Source: Deltaproteobacteria bacterium (lineage in GTDB: Bacteria; Myxococcota; Kuafuiibacteriia; Kuafuiibacteriales; Kuafuiibacteriaceae). From it: DNA of 64,000 nt. The translations under genes were made by a program, and so were the position numbers. The notes under the pieces were generated by a model that saw only the letters and a program-made list of their open reading frames with translations, was not told the DNA's origin and did not search any database. Below are positions 10,851-20,531 of this stretch, in pieces (the first letter of the stretch is position 1; each line of letters begins with the position of its first letter). Location of the stretch: contig JAVJQW010000049.1 in NCBI GenBank assembly GCA_040218735.1, positions 209,016 to 273,015 on the forward strand, read 5' to 3'.

Positions 10851-10905
10851 CCCCCGACGGAAACGTTCTTGCCGGCCGGCGCCTCGGTGTGCTGAGTGCG
10901 CCGGC

Positions 10906-11856
10906 ATGGCGAAGACCGTGGCCGTACTGGGCGCCCACTCCGCGATCGGAGAGGCGCTCCTCACCGCCCTCGACGATCGAGCTCTGGACGCCGCCATCGT
11001 CGCGGCGACGACGACCGAGCACGTCGACGCGGGGCACGTCCTCATCGACGCCGATCTCATCTCGCGCGGCGACCTGTTCGTGATCGCGTTCGGCGGCAAG
11101 GTCGCCGAGGGCGTCGCGGCGGGGCTCATCGCTCAGGGCAAGCCGGTGCTGGACCTCGCGGGGGTCACCGAGGCGCCGTTTGTGTTCCCGACCCTCACCG
11201 AGGAGGTCTTTGCGCCCGCGCGGATCGCGGTGGGGCTCGCGGAGCCCGTCGCCGCGATCGTCCGGGCGTTGTCGCCGTTTTCGCCGTCGGCGGTGGACGT
11301 CACCACGTTCGAGTCGGCGGCGACGTTCGATCGCCCAGGGATGGACGAGCTGTCCGCGCAGACGCGGGCGGTGTTCACGATGCAGGACGCGCCGGCGGAG
11401 GTCTTCGCCGCGACGCTCGCCTTCGACGTCATCCCCACGGTGACCGGGCCGGACGGCGAGTGGGATCTGGCGGACGCCGCGCTCGCGACGGCGGTGACGG
11501 CGGCGTGTGGTGTTCCCGCCGATGCGACGCGGATCTTGGTGCCGTCCTTTTCGGCGGAGGGGGCGGTCGTCCGCCTCACCGTGGAGGGGACGCCGGACTT
11601 CGAGACCGTCGAGACGGCTTTGGCGGGGGGCAAGGGGATGCGGTACCTCCCGGACGAGCCGCCGCCGACGGTCGACGTCGTGGATCGCGACGACGCGCTG
11701 GTGGGGCGGCTCGTCATTCGCGCGGGGCGGATCACGCTGTGGCTCGCGGCGGACCGGCTGCGGCGCGGGGGTGCGAGCCAGGCTGCGCTGTGGGTCGAGC
11801 GTTGGCTGAGTGGGAAAATCGGTGCTAGCGTCCCAGCGCCCCGAACGGACGCGTAA
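10906..11856 (+). CDS. Aspartate-semialdehyde dehydrogenase-like (Usg-type) protein
   Basis: VAVLGA Rossmann start, GMDELSAQT, LAFDVIP, LWLAADRLRRGGA; catalytic NPNC motif absent; lies near truA. Confidence 0.75.
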   Translation: MAKTVAVLGAHSAIGEALLTALDDRALDAAIVAATTTEHVDAGHVLIDADLISRGDLFVIAFGGKVAEGVAAGLIAQGKPVLDLAGVTEAPFVFPTLTEEVFAPARIAVGLAEPVAAIVRALSPFSPSAVDVTTFESAATFDRPGMDELSAQTRAVFTMQDAPAEVFAATLAFDVIPTVTGPDGEWDLADAALATAVTAACGVPADATRILVPSFSAEGAVVRLTVEGTPDFETVETALAGGKGMRYLPDEPPPTVDVVDRDDALVGRLVIRAGRITLWLAADRLRRGGASQAALWVERWLSGKIGASVPAPRTDA

Positions 11857-11859
11857 CAG

Positions 11860-13827
11860 ATGCGAAATGCTTGGTTGATTGCAGCAGGGGTCGTGGCGGC
11901 GGCGGGTTGGACGCGGGCCGCCGAGGCCCAAAAACCCACGATCGTGCCGGACCCGCTCCCCGAGGCGTCGAAGCGCCTCAACATCGCGGAGATCGAGGCC
12001 AACGCGCGTATCCCCCTGTCGTGGATCGCGACGTTCAACGCGGGTGTCATCCCGGGGACGGGCGAGAGTTACTCGTACCAGCTCACGTACGACAACTTCG
12101 TGACCGCAGAGCGGGCGGAGCTTCGGCTGATCACGGTCGAGGACGTGGAGTTCGGCGCCGAGGCCGAGGACCGCCAGGACAACGGCGCGCGCGTCACCGT
12201 GTACGTGCTGCCGCAGGATCTCGTCGCGGGGTTCGACCGCGAGGACGCTTCGGACCTCCCGCCGCCGCTCGGCACGGGCGCCGACAACATGGAGCGCGAG
12301 GTCTTCTTGAAGGTCTACGCGGACGCGGACGAGACCGACGAGTTCCGGTACCAGACCTTCACGTGGCAGTTCGAGTACGACACGCGGCCGCCGCCGCAGC
12401 CGACCGTGACCAAGGTCGAGCCCGGCGAGAACCGCCTTCAGCTTTCGTGGGAGATCTCGGACGACGCCGACGTCGCGACCTACAACATCGTCTACTGCCC
12501 GGACATCAGCGCGCTCGACGTCGACGAGGAGATGCTGATGGCCGACACCGCCACGACCGGCGGGGTGCTCCCGTGCGCGCAGCCGACGGTCGGCGGGACG
12601 ATCGACGGGATGTTCGGCAGCGCAGGCGTTCAGGCGGGCCTCGCGGTCGGCGTGAAGGCCGCGCTCGCGGTGCGCGCGGTGGACGAGGCCGGCAACGTCG
12701 GACCGCTGTCGAACGTGGTGATCGCCGAGCCGGTGCCGGTGAGTGACTTCTGGGAGCTGTACAAGGAGAGCGGCGGCGCCGAGGAGGGTGGCTTCTGCTT
12801 CATCGCGACCGCGGCGCACGGCTCGTACGCGCACCCCGCGGTGCAGGTGCTGCGCTGGTTCCGGGACGCGGTGTTGATCCCGGCGCCGGGCGGGCGCGCG
12901 ATCGTCGACACGTACTACCGCTGGTCGCCGCCGATGGCGCGCCGAGTCGCGGCCGACGAGGATCTCGCGGCGGCGACGCGCGTCGCGCTGGTGTTCGGCG
13001 TGCTGCTCGCGCTCGCGGCGCTCGCGATGCTCGGCTTCGGCGCTGGGTTCGTGGTGGTGGCCGTCGCGCGGCGCGTGAAGCTCGCGTGGGCGGCGGCGCT
13101 GCTCGTGCTGCTGATCGGATCCACCGCGGAGGCCCGACGCCCGGACTCGACGATCGAGTCGTTCGGGCTCGGCTACGAGTTCAAGGGCGGGCCGTACCTG
13201 CCGGACCTCGGCAACACCGGCGGCGGGACCGAGGGCAACACGGCCTTCCAGGACATCTTCGAGTCGAACCCCAATGAGTTGTTCACGATCGGCCTCGACG
13301 TACAGCTCTACCGCGGCATCGGCACGGCGGGGGTGGGCGCGAGCTTCGGCTTCATGCAGTTCGTCGGGCGCGGGCGTTACGCGAGCGGCGAGAACGTGGG
13401 GGAGATCGCGCAGGACACCACGGTCTTCAACATCGCGCCGCTGACGCTCACCGGCTTCTATCGCTTCGACTGGTTGGCCGACCAGATACCGCTTCCGTTC
13501 GTGCCGTACGTGAAGGGCGGGCTCGCCTACTACGTCTGGTGGGTGACCACCGGGACGGGCGACGTCGCGCGCTTCGAGCAGCCGGGCAACGGCGCGGACG
13601 ACCTCGCGGGGCGCGGCGGCAAGTTCGGCCTCACGGGGACGGTGGGCATGGCGATCATGCTGAACGTGTTCGAGCCGGCGTCGGCGCAGAGCCTCCACGC
13701 GGCCACCGGCGTGCGCGGGACGTACCTGTTCGGCGAGCTGCAGGCGAACAAGATCGATGGGTTCGGCTCGGCCGGGTTCGACTTGTCGGACGTGACCTGG
13801 AACATCGGTCTGTACCTCGAAATGTAG
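11860..13827 (+). CDS. Exported Fn3-like protein + CFI-box sorting domain + outer-membrane beta-barrel (fusion)
   Basis: Signal peptide; Fn3-like motif AVRAVDEAGNVGPLS; GGFCFIATAAHGS..LRWFRD..YYRWSPP; TM helix; C-terminal amphipathic strands ending IGLYLEM. Confidence 0.75.
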   Translation: MRNAWLIAAGVVAAAGWTRAAEAQKPTIVPDPLPEASKRLNIAEIEANARIPLSWIATFNAGVIPGTGESYSYQLTYDNFVTAERAELRLITVEDVEFGAEAEDRQDNGARVTVYVLPQDLVAGFDREDASDLPPPLGTGADNMEREVFLKVYADADETDEFRYQTFTWQFEYDTRPPPQPTVTKVEPGENRLQLSWEISDDADVATYNIVYCPDISALDVDEEMLMADTATTGGVLPCAQPTVGGTIDGMFGSAGVQAGLAVGVKAALAVRAVDEAGNVGPLSNVVIAEPVPVSDFWELYKESGGAEEGGFCFIATAAHGSYAHPAVQVLRWFRDAVLIPAPGGRAIVDTYYRWSPPMARRVAADEDLAAATRVALVFGVLLALAALAMLGFGAGFVVVAVARRVKLAWAAALLVLLIGSTAEARRPDSTIESFGLGYEFKGGPYLPDLGNTGGGTEGNTAFQDIFESNPNELFTIGLDVQLYRGIGTAGVGASFGFMQFVGRGRYASGENVGEIAQDTTVFNIAPLTLTGFYRFDWLADQIPLPFVPYVKGGLAYYVWWVTTGTGDVARFEQPGNGADDLAGRGGKFGLTGTVGMAIMLNVFEPASAQSLHAATGVRGTYLFGELQANKIDGFGSAGFDLSDVTWNIGLYLEM

Positions 13828-14636
13828 TGCGGACGATTCGACTGATCGTCGAGTACGACGGGACGGCCTTCGCGGGCTGGCAGATCCAAAAGGGGCACAA
13901 GGCACCGACGGTGCAGGGTGCGCTCGAACGTGCGATTTCGAAGATGACGCAGACGCCGGTGAGCGTACGCGGCGCTTCGCGGACCGACGCGGGGGTGCAC
14001 GCACGCGGGCAGGTCGCGGTGTTCAAGACCGACAAGGACATCCCGTGCATCGGGTTCGAGCGGGGCCTCGGGCAGTTCATGCCGCGGGGGATCTCGATCC
14101 GGCGTGCGGAGGAGGTCGAGGACGGCTGGGACCCGCGACGTACGTCGCGCGGGAAGCGGTACCGCTACACCTACTGGAACGATCGCACGCCGAGCGCGCT
14201 GGAGCGTGACCGGGCGTGGTGGGTGAAGGTCGGGCGCCTCGAGGTCGCGCCGATGCACGAGGCGGCGCAGGTGTTCCTCGGGACGCACGACTTCGAGGCG
14301 TTCCGCAGCGCGGGCTGCTCGGCGCGGCACGCGGTGCGGACGATGTACTCGGCGCGGGTGTTCGAGGGGGAGCACGAGCGGGTGATCTTCGAGATCGTCG
14401 GGAACGCGTTCGTGCGGAACATGGTGCGGATCATGGCTGGGAACCTGTGCGACGTGGGGCTCGGGCGCATGACGAAGGACCAGCTCGTCGACGTGCTCGC
14501 TTCGAAGGATCGCACGCGCGGTGGGATGACGGCGCCGCCGCACGGGCTGTGCCTGGAGGAGGTCATCTACGACGACCGCCTGCCGCCGCGTCCGAAGGAC
14601 GGCGTGGACCTGACCGAGGCGGATGCGGGAGAGTAG
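13827..14636 (+). CDS. truA: tRNA pseudouridine(38-40) synthase
   Basis: EYDGTAFAGWQIQ, ASRTDAGVHARGQV, GTHDF, NMVRIMAG, TAPPHGL; GTG start overlaps the upstream TAG. Confidence 0.95.
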   Translation: MRTIRLIVEYDGTAFAGWQIQKGHKAPTVQGALERAISKMTQTPVSVRGASRTDAGVHARGQVAVFKTDKDIPCIGFERGLGQFMPRGISIRRAEEVEDGWDPRRTSRGKRYRYTYWNDRTPSALERDRAWWVKVGRLEVAPMHEAAQVFLGTHDFEAFRSAGCSARHAVRTMYSARVFEGEHERVIFEIVGNAFVRNMVRIMAGNLCDVGLGRMTKDQLVDVLASKDRTRGGMTAPPHGLCLEEVIYDDRLPPRPKDGVDLTEADAGE

Positions 14637-14639
14637 GGC

Positions 14640-15338
14640 GTGCGCGCGGTCTTCAACGCGTTGGTCCTCGGGGTCCTGACCGGGTTCTGGTCGGCGGTGG
14701 CCATCCTGGCCGTGCCGTTCATGCGGTGGGGTTCGACGACCTGGGTGGCGCAGACCTGGTCGAAGCAGGTGACCTGGCTGTGCAGCGTGGACGTGACGCT
14801 CGAGGGCGAGGTGCCGACTACGGGGTCCTACGTGGTGCTGGCGAACCACACGAGCCACTTCGACGTGCTGTCGCTGTACTCGAAGATCCGCCTCGACATG
14901 CGGCCGGTGGCGAAGCGCGAGCTGGGGTTCATCCCGCTGTTCGGCTGGGTGCTGGCGCTGGGGGCGGCGATCATGATCGACCGCAAGAGCCGGGCGCGGG
15001 CGGTGGCGTCGATCGAGCGGGCGGCGAAGACCATCCGCGGCGGGCGCTCGGTGCTGATGTTCCCGGAGGGGACGCGCACGCCGCCGAACACGGTGGGCCC
15101 GATGAAGAAGGGCGCGTTTCACCTGGCGCTGGCGGCGCAGGTGCCGGTGCTCCCGGTGGGGGTGATCGGTACGGGCGATATTCTGCTCCCGGGCGACTGG
15201 AAGATCCGCGGCGGGGCGGTGACGGTGCGGGTCGGCGCGCCGATCGCGACGGCCGGGCGGGGGGACGACGCGGAGGATCGGGCGTGGTTGATGGCGGAGG
15301 TGGAGAAGGCGCTCGTCGACCTCACGAAAGGTGGTTGA
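14640..15338 (+). CDS. plsC: 1-acyl-sn-glycerol-3-phosphate acyltransferase
   Basis: NHTSHFD, FPEGTR, KKGAF. Confidence 0.88.
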   Translation: MRAVFNALVLGVLTGFWSAVAILAVPFMRWGSTTWVAQTWSKQVTWLCSVDVTLEGEVPTTGSYVVLANHTSHFDVLSLYSKIRLDMRPVAKRELGFIPLFGWVLALGAAIMIDRKSRARAVASIERAAKTIRGGRSVLMFPEGTRTPPNTVGPMKKGAFHLALAAQVPVLPVGVIGTGDILLPGDWKIRGGAVTVRVGAPIATAGRGDDAEDRAWLMAEVEKALVDLTKGG

Positions 15339-15363
15339 CAGGTCCTATCCTCACCCATAGAAG
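15335..15363 (+). promoter_or_regulatory. Sigma70 promoter candidate for rplM-rpsI
   Basis: Perfect TTGACA, 17-nt spacer, TAGAAG. Confidence 0.5.
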
Positions 15364-15373
15364 CGACCGTCCC

Positions 15374-15883
15374 ATGGCCGAGGAAACTTCGAACGGCGCC
15401 GAGAAGCGGGGTATGGAACCGCTCGTCAACGTGCGTCCCACCAAGCATTTCAATCGCGACGACGCGGAGCGCAAGTGGCTCCTGATCGACGCGGAAGGCC
15501 AGACGGTTGGCCGCTTGGCGACGCAGATCGCCACGCTCCTGCGCGGCAAGCACAAGCCGAACTACACGCCCCACACGGACTCCGGTGACTTCGTCGTCGT
15601 CGTGAACGCCGAGAAGGTCGTGTTCCGCGGGAACAACAAGGTCTCCAAGAAGCGGTACTACAAACACACCGGCTACGTGGGGCACCTGAAGGAGCGCACG
15701 GGCGTCGAGATGCTCGATCGCGCGCCGCACAAGGTCATCGAGCTCGCGGTGAAGGGGATGATTCCTCGCGGCGCGCTCGCCAACCAGCTGATGAAGAAGC
15801 TCAAGGTCTATGCGGGTCCCGAGCACCCCCACAAGGCCCAGAAGCCGGAAGCCTACGCCGTCGGCACGGACGCGAAGGCCTGA
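15374..15883 (+). CDS. rplM: 50S ribosomal protein L13
   Basis: [39 protein letters not shown]; ATG 15374 lies within ORF 14216-15883 (a later ATG is also possible). Confidence 0.96.
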   Translation: MAEETSNGAEKRGMEPLVNVRPTKHFNRDDAERKWLLIDAEGQTVGRLATQIATLLRGKHKPNYTPHTDSGDFVVVVNAEKVVFRGNNKVSKKRYYKHTGYVGHLKERTGVEMLDRAPHKVIELAVKGMIPRGALANQLMKKLKVYAGPEHPHKAQKPEAYAVGTDAKA

Positions 15884-15894
15884 GGTCCAACGAG

Positions 15895-16281
15895 ATGGAA
15901 CAGTTTTACGCCACGGGTCGTCGTAAGGAAGCCGTCGCGCGCGTTTACCTGCGCCCCGGCAGCGGCAAGATCACCGTCAACCGCCGCGACGTCGAGCGCT
16001 ACTTCCCGCGCGAGACGCTCAAGATGATCCTCCGTCAGCCCCTCGAGGTTGCCGAGCAGGTCGCCAAGTGGGACGTCCTCGTGAACGTCTGCGGCGGCGG
16101 CCTCTCCGGTCAGGCCGGCGCGATCCGCCACGGGATCACCCGCGCGCTGATCGCCTCGGACCCGGCGCTGCGCCCCCCGCTCAAGAAGGCGGGCTTCGTG
16201 ACCCGCGACCCGCGTCGCGTGGAGCGCAAGAAGTACGGCCAGCCCGGCGCCCGCAAGCGCTTCCAGTTCTCGAAGCGCTAA
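15895..16281 (+). CDS. rpsI: 30S ribosomal protein S9
   Basis: [41 protein letters not shown]. Confidence 0.98.
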   Translation: MEQFYATGRRKEAVARVYLRPGSGKITVNRRDVERYFPRETLKMILRQPLEVAEQVAKWDVLVNVCGGGLSGQAGAIRHGITRALIASDPALRPPLKKAGFVTRDPRRVERKKYGQPGARKRFQFSKR

Positions 16282-16292
16282 ACAGAGCGCCC

Positions 16293-16425
16293 TGCGGGAC
16301 CCGGCCTTCGGCCACCCGCCTACGCACGCCTTCGGCGGGCTGCGCACTACGCTTCGCTCCGTTTGCGGATGCGGGACCCGGCCTTCGGCCACCCGCCTAC
16401 GCACGCCTTCGGCGGGCTGCGCACT
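16293..16425. repeat. Two identical 56-bp direct repeats (REP-like) with CTTCGG hairpins
   Basis: TGCGGGACCCGGCCTTCGGCCACCCGCCTACGCACGCCTTCGGCGGGCTGCGCACT at 16293-16348 and 16370-16425, separated by a 21-bp spacer. Confidence 0.85.
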
Positions 16426-16485
16426 TGTGCGGCCTCCCCACTGAATTTCGGGTGCTGACTCCGCGTTTTACGTGGTGAGGGCCTT

Positions 16486-18213
16486 TTGTTATCCGTGTTC
16501 CACCCCGTGCGGCGCGAAAGCTCGGTGGCGATCGCGCTGATCGCCGGCTGTGTGTGCTCGGTGCCGGGATCGGTCCTGGCGGGGGACGTGGGTGGCTTCG
16601 CGGCGTTCACGCCGCTGTCGGCCTCCGAGCTGTTCGAGAAGCGGATGCGTTTCTCCTCGGGGGAGCCGATCGTCTCCGTCGGCATCATGACCGGGCAGCG
16701 CGGCGTCGCGCTCGAAGGGGGCGGACCGCTGCGCCTGATGTTCGAAGAGCGGCGCCTCCCCAAGACGGTGTACGCGCCCGAGAAGACGCGGTTCTCGTTT
16801 TCGGTAAAGCGCGGGCGGGCCGCCGAGGTGCGCACCTGGGTCGTCGTCGACACGCTGCCCTACCTCGACGTGAAGGGCGCCGCGGCGGCGCGCGCGAAGT
16901 GGGCGAAGGAGAAGCTCGCCGCGCACGTCTTCGACGTCGGCACCGTCGTGGGGGTGTCCGGGAACGTCCTCGACACGCGCGAGAAGAAGGTCGCGGTCGG
17001 CGGGTTCCTACGTCGCGCGCAGGCGGAGGCGCTCGCGGCGAAGCTCTTCTCCGAGCGAGGCCTCCGCACGACGCTGTTCGAAGAGCTGGTGAAGAAACCC
17101 AGCGGCACCATCCTCGTCCGCGACGCGCAACGACGTGTCATCCACCGTGCGACCAACAGCGTCTTCATCGGCACGCTCGACGACGAGGCGATCACGATCT
17201 TCGACGTCGAACACTCCAAGGGCTACGCGTCACACGGTCGACAGACACGCCGGTACTGGGGCGGCGTCTACGTGGTGATCGATCGCGACGGTAAGCTCGC
17301 CGTCGTCAACTCCGTCGGCGCCGAGCGGCTCCTCGGGGGGCTCGTGCCGGCGGAGATCTTCGCGACGGCGCCGGCGGGCGCGCTCCGCGCTCAGGCGGTG
17401 ACCGCGCGCGGGGAGATCTTCTCGAAGCTCGCCCACCGCCACTTCGCCGAGCCGTACCACCTGTGCAGCGCGCAGCACTGTCAGGTGTACGCGGGGGCCG
17501 GGCGGGAGCAGCCGGCGACCAACGCCGCCGTCGATGCGACGCGCGGCCTCTTGGCGGTGCGTCCGCGTAAGGACGACAAGGCGCCGCTCGAGCTCGTCGA
17601 CTCGGTGTACGCGTCGACGTGCGGCGGGTTCTCGGAGGCGAACGAGGTGGTGTGGGATCAGACCGCGAGCCCCAGCCTGCGACCGCGCCTCGACGGGCCG
17701 GCGAACGACCCCGCGCTGAAGCCGTTCGCGAACGGGCTGAACGCTTCGAACATGGCGAACTGGGTGCGCTCGTACCCGCCGACCTACTGCGCGCGGTCGT
17801 CATTCGCGAAGGCCAGCAAGGTGCGCTGGAAGACCGTGGTCCCCGCGGATCGCCTCACACGCTACGTCGACAAACTCGGCGTTGGGCGTGTCACGGATGT
17901 CGCCATTCTGGGGCGCGGCAAGGGTGGCCGCATCACCGGCCTGCGCATCCTCGGCTCCGAAGGGAAGGCCGACGTGTTGCGCGAGCTCCCGGTGCGCCGA
18001 CTCTTCGGGAACCTCAATAGCGGCGCCTTCGTCCTGACCGTGGACAAGGACGACGCCGGCTTCGTCGAGCGGCTGACGTTCGAGGGCGGTGGCTGGGGAC
18101 ACGGCGTCGGCATGTGCCAGATGGGCGCGATCGGTCGCGCCGAAGCCGGGCAGACGTTCAAGGAGATCCTGTCGCACTACTACGGCGGAGCTGTCGTCGA
18201 GCGGATCTACTGA
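16486..18213 (+). CDS. SpoIID/LytB-domain protein (putative lytic transglycosylase)
   Basis: VPAEI, ALRAQAVTAR, HCQVY, TCGG, GGGWGHGVGMCQMGA, ILSHYY; exact start uncertain. Confidence 0.88.
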   Translation: MLSVFHPVRRESSVAIALIAGCVCSVPGSVLAGDVGGFAAFTPLSASELFEKRMRFSSGEPIVSVGIMTGQRGVALEGGGPLRLMFEERRLPKTVYAPEKTRFSFSVKRGRAAEVRTWVVVDTLPYLDVKGAAAARAKWAKEKLAAHVFDVGTVVGVSGNVLDTREKKVAVGGFLRRAQAEALAAKLFSERGLRTTLFEELVKKPSGTILVRDAQRRVIHRATNSVFIGTLDDEAITIFDVEHSKGYASHGRQTRRYWGGVYVVIDRDGKLAVVNSVGAERLLGGLVPAEIFATAPAGALRAQAVTARGEIFSKLAHRHFAEPYHLCSAQHCQVYAGAGREQPATNAAVDATRGLLAVRPRKDDKAPLELVDSVYASTCGGFSEANEVVWDQTASPSLRPRLDGPANDPALKPFANGLNASNMANWVRSYPPTYCARSSFAKASKVRWKTVVPADRLTRYVDKLGVGRVTDVAILGRGKGGRITGLRILGSEGKADVLRELPVRRLFGNLNSGAFVLTVDKDDAGFVERLTFEGGGWGHGVGMCQMGAIGRAEAGQTFKEILSHYYGGAVVERIY

Positions 18214-18378
18214 AGTGTCCTAAAGCGAAGCCGGACCTCGGCACGCCGGCTATCCGGTACACTTTCCTAGCTCATGCCTGAATGAGCGGAGGATGGACGG
18301 CCGGGACTCGGCACCCTACGCTCACGAGGAGCCCGCCGATCGCAAACCTGCGTTCTCCGGCGCGGCCGCTTCGAGACC

Positions 18379-19593
18379 ATGCGCCGGGCCACCATCCTCA
18401 CCGCGCTCCTTGCGGTCGCCTGCTCGGGCGAGACCCCGCGGGTGTTCCCACCCGCGGCGGAGCTTCCGCTGCGCGAGGCGCTCCCGGATTCGTTCGTCAC
18501 GTTCTTCGGCGAGGCGCGCATCGAATCCGCCGATGACTGGCGCGACGCTCGACGGCCGGAGCTCATCGAGCTCTTCGAGCACTACGTCTACGGCGTTGCG
18601 CCCGAGGCGCCCGCGATCACCGCCCGCGTGGAGACACCCGACGTCGAGATCGCCCCCGGCGTCGTGCACCGCGGCGTCGAGATCACGCTGAGCCCCGACG
18701 CGCCGCAGATACACCTCGGGCTGTTCCTCCCCGCCGGCGTCTCGGACCCGCCGGTGCTCCTGGCGCTCAACCCCTGCGGGAACCAGTCCCTCGTCGCGTC
18801 GGAGGCGGTGCGGTTCAGCGAGTCCTTCCGGGCGCTCGGCTGCGGCGCGGATCGAGGCTCGCGGCAGGAGCGGTGGCCGGTCTTCGAGATCGTCGGGCGC
18901 GGCTACGCGCTCGCGACGTTCCACGAGAGCGACGTCGATCCCGACGACCCGGACGACGAGCGCAGCCTCGACGGCGTGCACCCGCACTTCGACTCGGGCG
19001 AAGGCTTCCGCACGGCGTGGGGGCGCCTCGCCGCGTGGGCCTGGGGCCTCTCCCGGGCGGTCGACTACCTCGTCACGGACGCCAGCGTCGACGCGACGCG
19101 CATCGCGGTCGTCGGACACTCGCGCCGCGGGAAGACGGCGCTCCTCGCGGCGGCCCTCGACGAACGCATCGCCATCGCGATCCCCCACCAGTCGGGAACC
19201 GGCGGTGCGTCGCTCTCGCGCGACAACACCGGCGAGTCCGTCGGCGTGATCACCACCTTGTTCCCGAACTGGTTCGACGACGTCTTCGCGACCTTCGCCG
19301 ACCAAGAGGCGCGGCTCCCCGTCGACCAGCACCTCCTCATCGCGCTCGTCGCGCCGCGCCCCGTGCTGGTGACCAACGGCGTCGAAGACCTGCGCGCCGA
19401 TCCGCCGGGTGCGCTGAAGGCCGTGGAGGCCGCCGCGCCGGTCTACACGCTCCTCGGATCGCGGGGGCTCGTGCTCGAAGACGGACGACCGAGCCTCGAC
19501 GGACCGCTCTCGTGGCACGAGCGCACCGGCGGCCACAGCCTCGAGCCGCGGGACTGGTACACGTTCATGGACTTCGCCGACCGTCAGTGGTGA
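18379..19593 (+). CDS. Lipoprotein alpha/beta-hydrolase, CE15 glucuronoyl-esterase-like
   Basis: Lipobox LAVAC; AWAWGLSRAVDYL, GHSRRGKTAL, SGTGG, LPVDQHLLIALVAPRP. Confidence 0.82.
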   Translation: MRRATILTALLAVACSGETPRVFPPAAELPLREALPDSFVTFFGEARIESADDWRDARRPELIELFEHYVYGVAPEAPAITARVETPDVEIAPGVVHRGVEITLSPDAPQIHLGLFLPAGVSDPPVLLALNPCGNQSLVASEAVRFSESFRALGCGADRGSRQERWPVFEIVGRGYALATFHESDVDPDDPDDERSLDGVHPHFDSGEGFRTAWGRLAAWAWGLSRAVDYLVTDASVDATRIAVVGHSRRGKTALLAAALDERIAIAIPHQSGTGGASLSRDNTGESVGVITTLFPNWFDDVFATFADQEARLPVDQHLLIALVAPRPVLVTNGVEDLRADPPGALKAVEAAAPVYTLLGSRGLVLEDGRPSLDGPLSWHERTGGHSLEPRDWYTFMDFADRQW

Positions 19594-19600
19594 CGACGCA

Positions 19601-20521
19601 TCAGACCGCGGTCGTGCCGCGCAGGTGCTTCTCCACGAACAGCTCACCGGCGCGGTAGGACGAACGCACCAGCGGCCCGGAGGCGACGTAGCCGAACCCC
19701 AACGCCTTCGCGACCTCGGCGTAGCGATCGAACGTCGCGGGCGGGACGTACTCCACCACCGGCAGGTGCTTCGAAGAGGGGCGGAGGTACTGGCCGAGCG
19801 TGACGATGTCGACGTCGTTCTCGCGGAGGTCCTCGAGCGTCTTCACGACCTCGTCCTCCGTCTCCCCGAGGCCGATCATGATCGAGCTCTTCGTCAGCAG
19901 GCCGGGGGCGTTGCGTTTGCTGAACGCGAGCACGTCCAGCGATTGCGCATAGGACGCACGCGGGTCGCGGACCCGCGAGGTCAGACGCTCCACACACTCC
20001 ACGTTGTGCGCGAGGACCGCGAGCGGCGACGCGAGCATCTCCCAGATCGCGGCTTCGTTGCCCTCGAAGTCGGGGATGAGCATCTCCAGCAGCACGTCGG
20101 GGCAACGCGCTCGGATCGCCTCCAGGCACCGGCGCAGGTGTCCGGCGCCGCCGTCGGGCAGCTCGTCGCGGTTCACGGAGGTGAGCACGACGTACGACAG
20201 GCCCATCGCGTCGACGGCCTCCGCGACGTGGTTCGGCTCTTCCTCGTCGAGCGGCGGAGGGATCCGCGCGGTGTTGATGGCGCAGAAGCGGCAGCCGCGG
20301 GTGCAGGTGTCACCCATCAGCATGAACGTGGCCGTGCCGCCGCCCCAGCACTCGGAGAGGTTCGGGCACTGCGCTTCCTCGCAGACCGTGGCGAGCTTCA
20401 GGTTGCGCGCGCTCTTCTTGAGCGCGGCGTAGGCCGGCCCGCCCGGGGGGCGAATCTTGAGCCACTCGGGCTTGCGGACGCGCTCGACGCCGTCCTGCAC
20501 GATGGGGAGGCTCCTCCGCAC
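19601..20521 (-). CDS. lipA: Lipoyl synthase
   Basis: KPEWLK, CEEAQCPNLSECW, CTRGCRFC, GQYLRPS, GPLVRSSY; GTG start near 20521. Confidence 0.96.
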   Translation of the reverse strand: MRRSLPIVQDGVERVRKPEWLKIRPPGGPAYAALKKSARNLKLATVCEEAQCPNLSECWGGGTATFMLMGDTCTRGCRFCAINTARIPPPLDEEEPNHVAEAVDAMGLSYVVLTSVNRDELPDGGAGHLRRCLEAIRARCPDVLLEMLIPDFEGNEAAIWEMLASPLAVLAHNVECVERLTSRVRDPRASYAQSLDVLAFSKRNAPGLLTKSSIMIGLGETEDEVVKTLEDLRENDVDIVTLGQYLRPSSKHLPVVEYVPPATFDRYAEVAKALGFGYVASGPLVRSSYRAGELFVEKHLRGTTAV

Positions 20522-20531
20522 GACCTCGGAG

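Noticed and set aside
16293-16425. Possible CRISPR array
   Set aside because: Only two 56-bp repeats, one 21-bp spacer and no cas genes.
18214-18378. Intergenic region with small hairpins (e.g. GCTCAT..ATGAGC) as ncRNA or riboswitch
   Set aside because: No family-defining motif recognised; would need an Rfam search.
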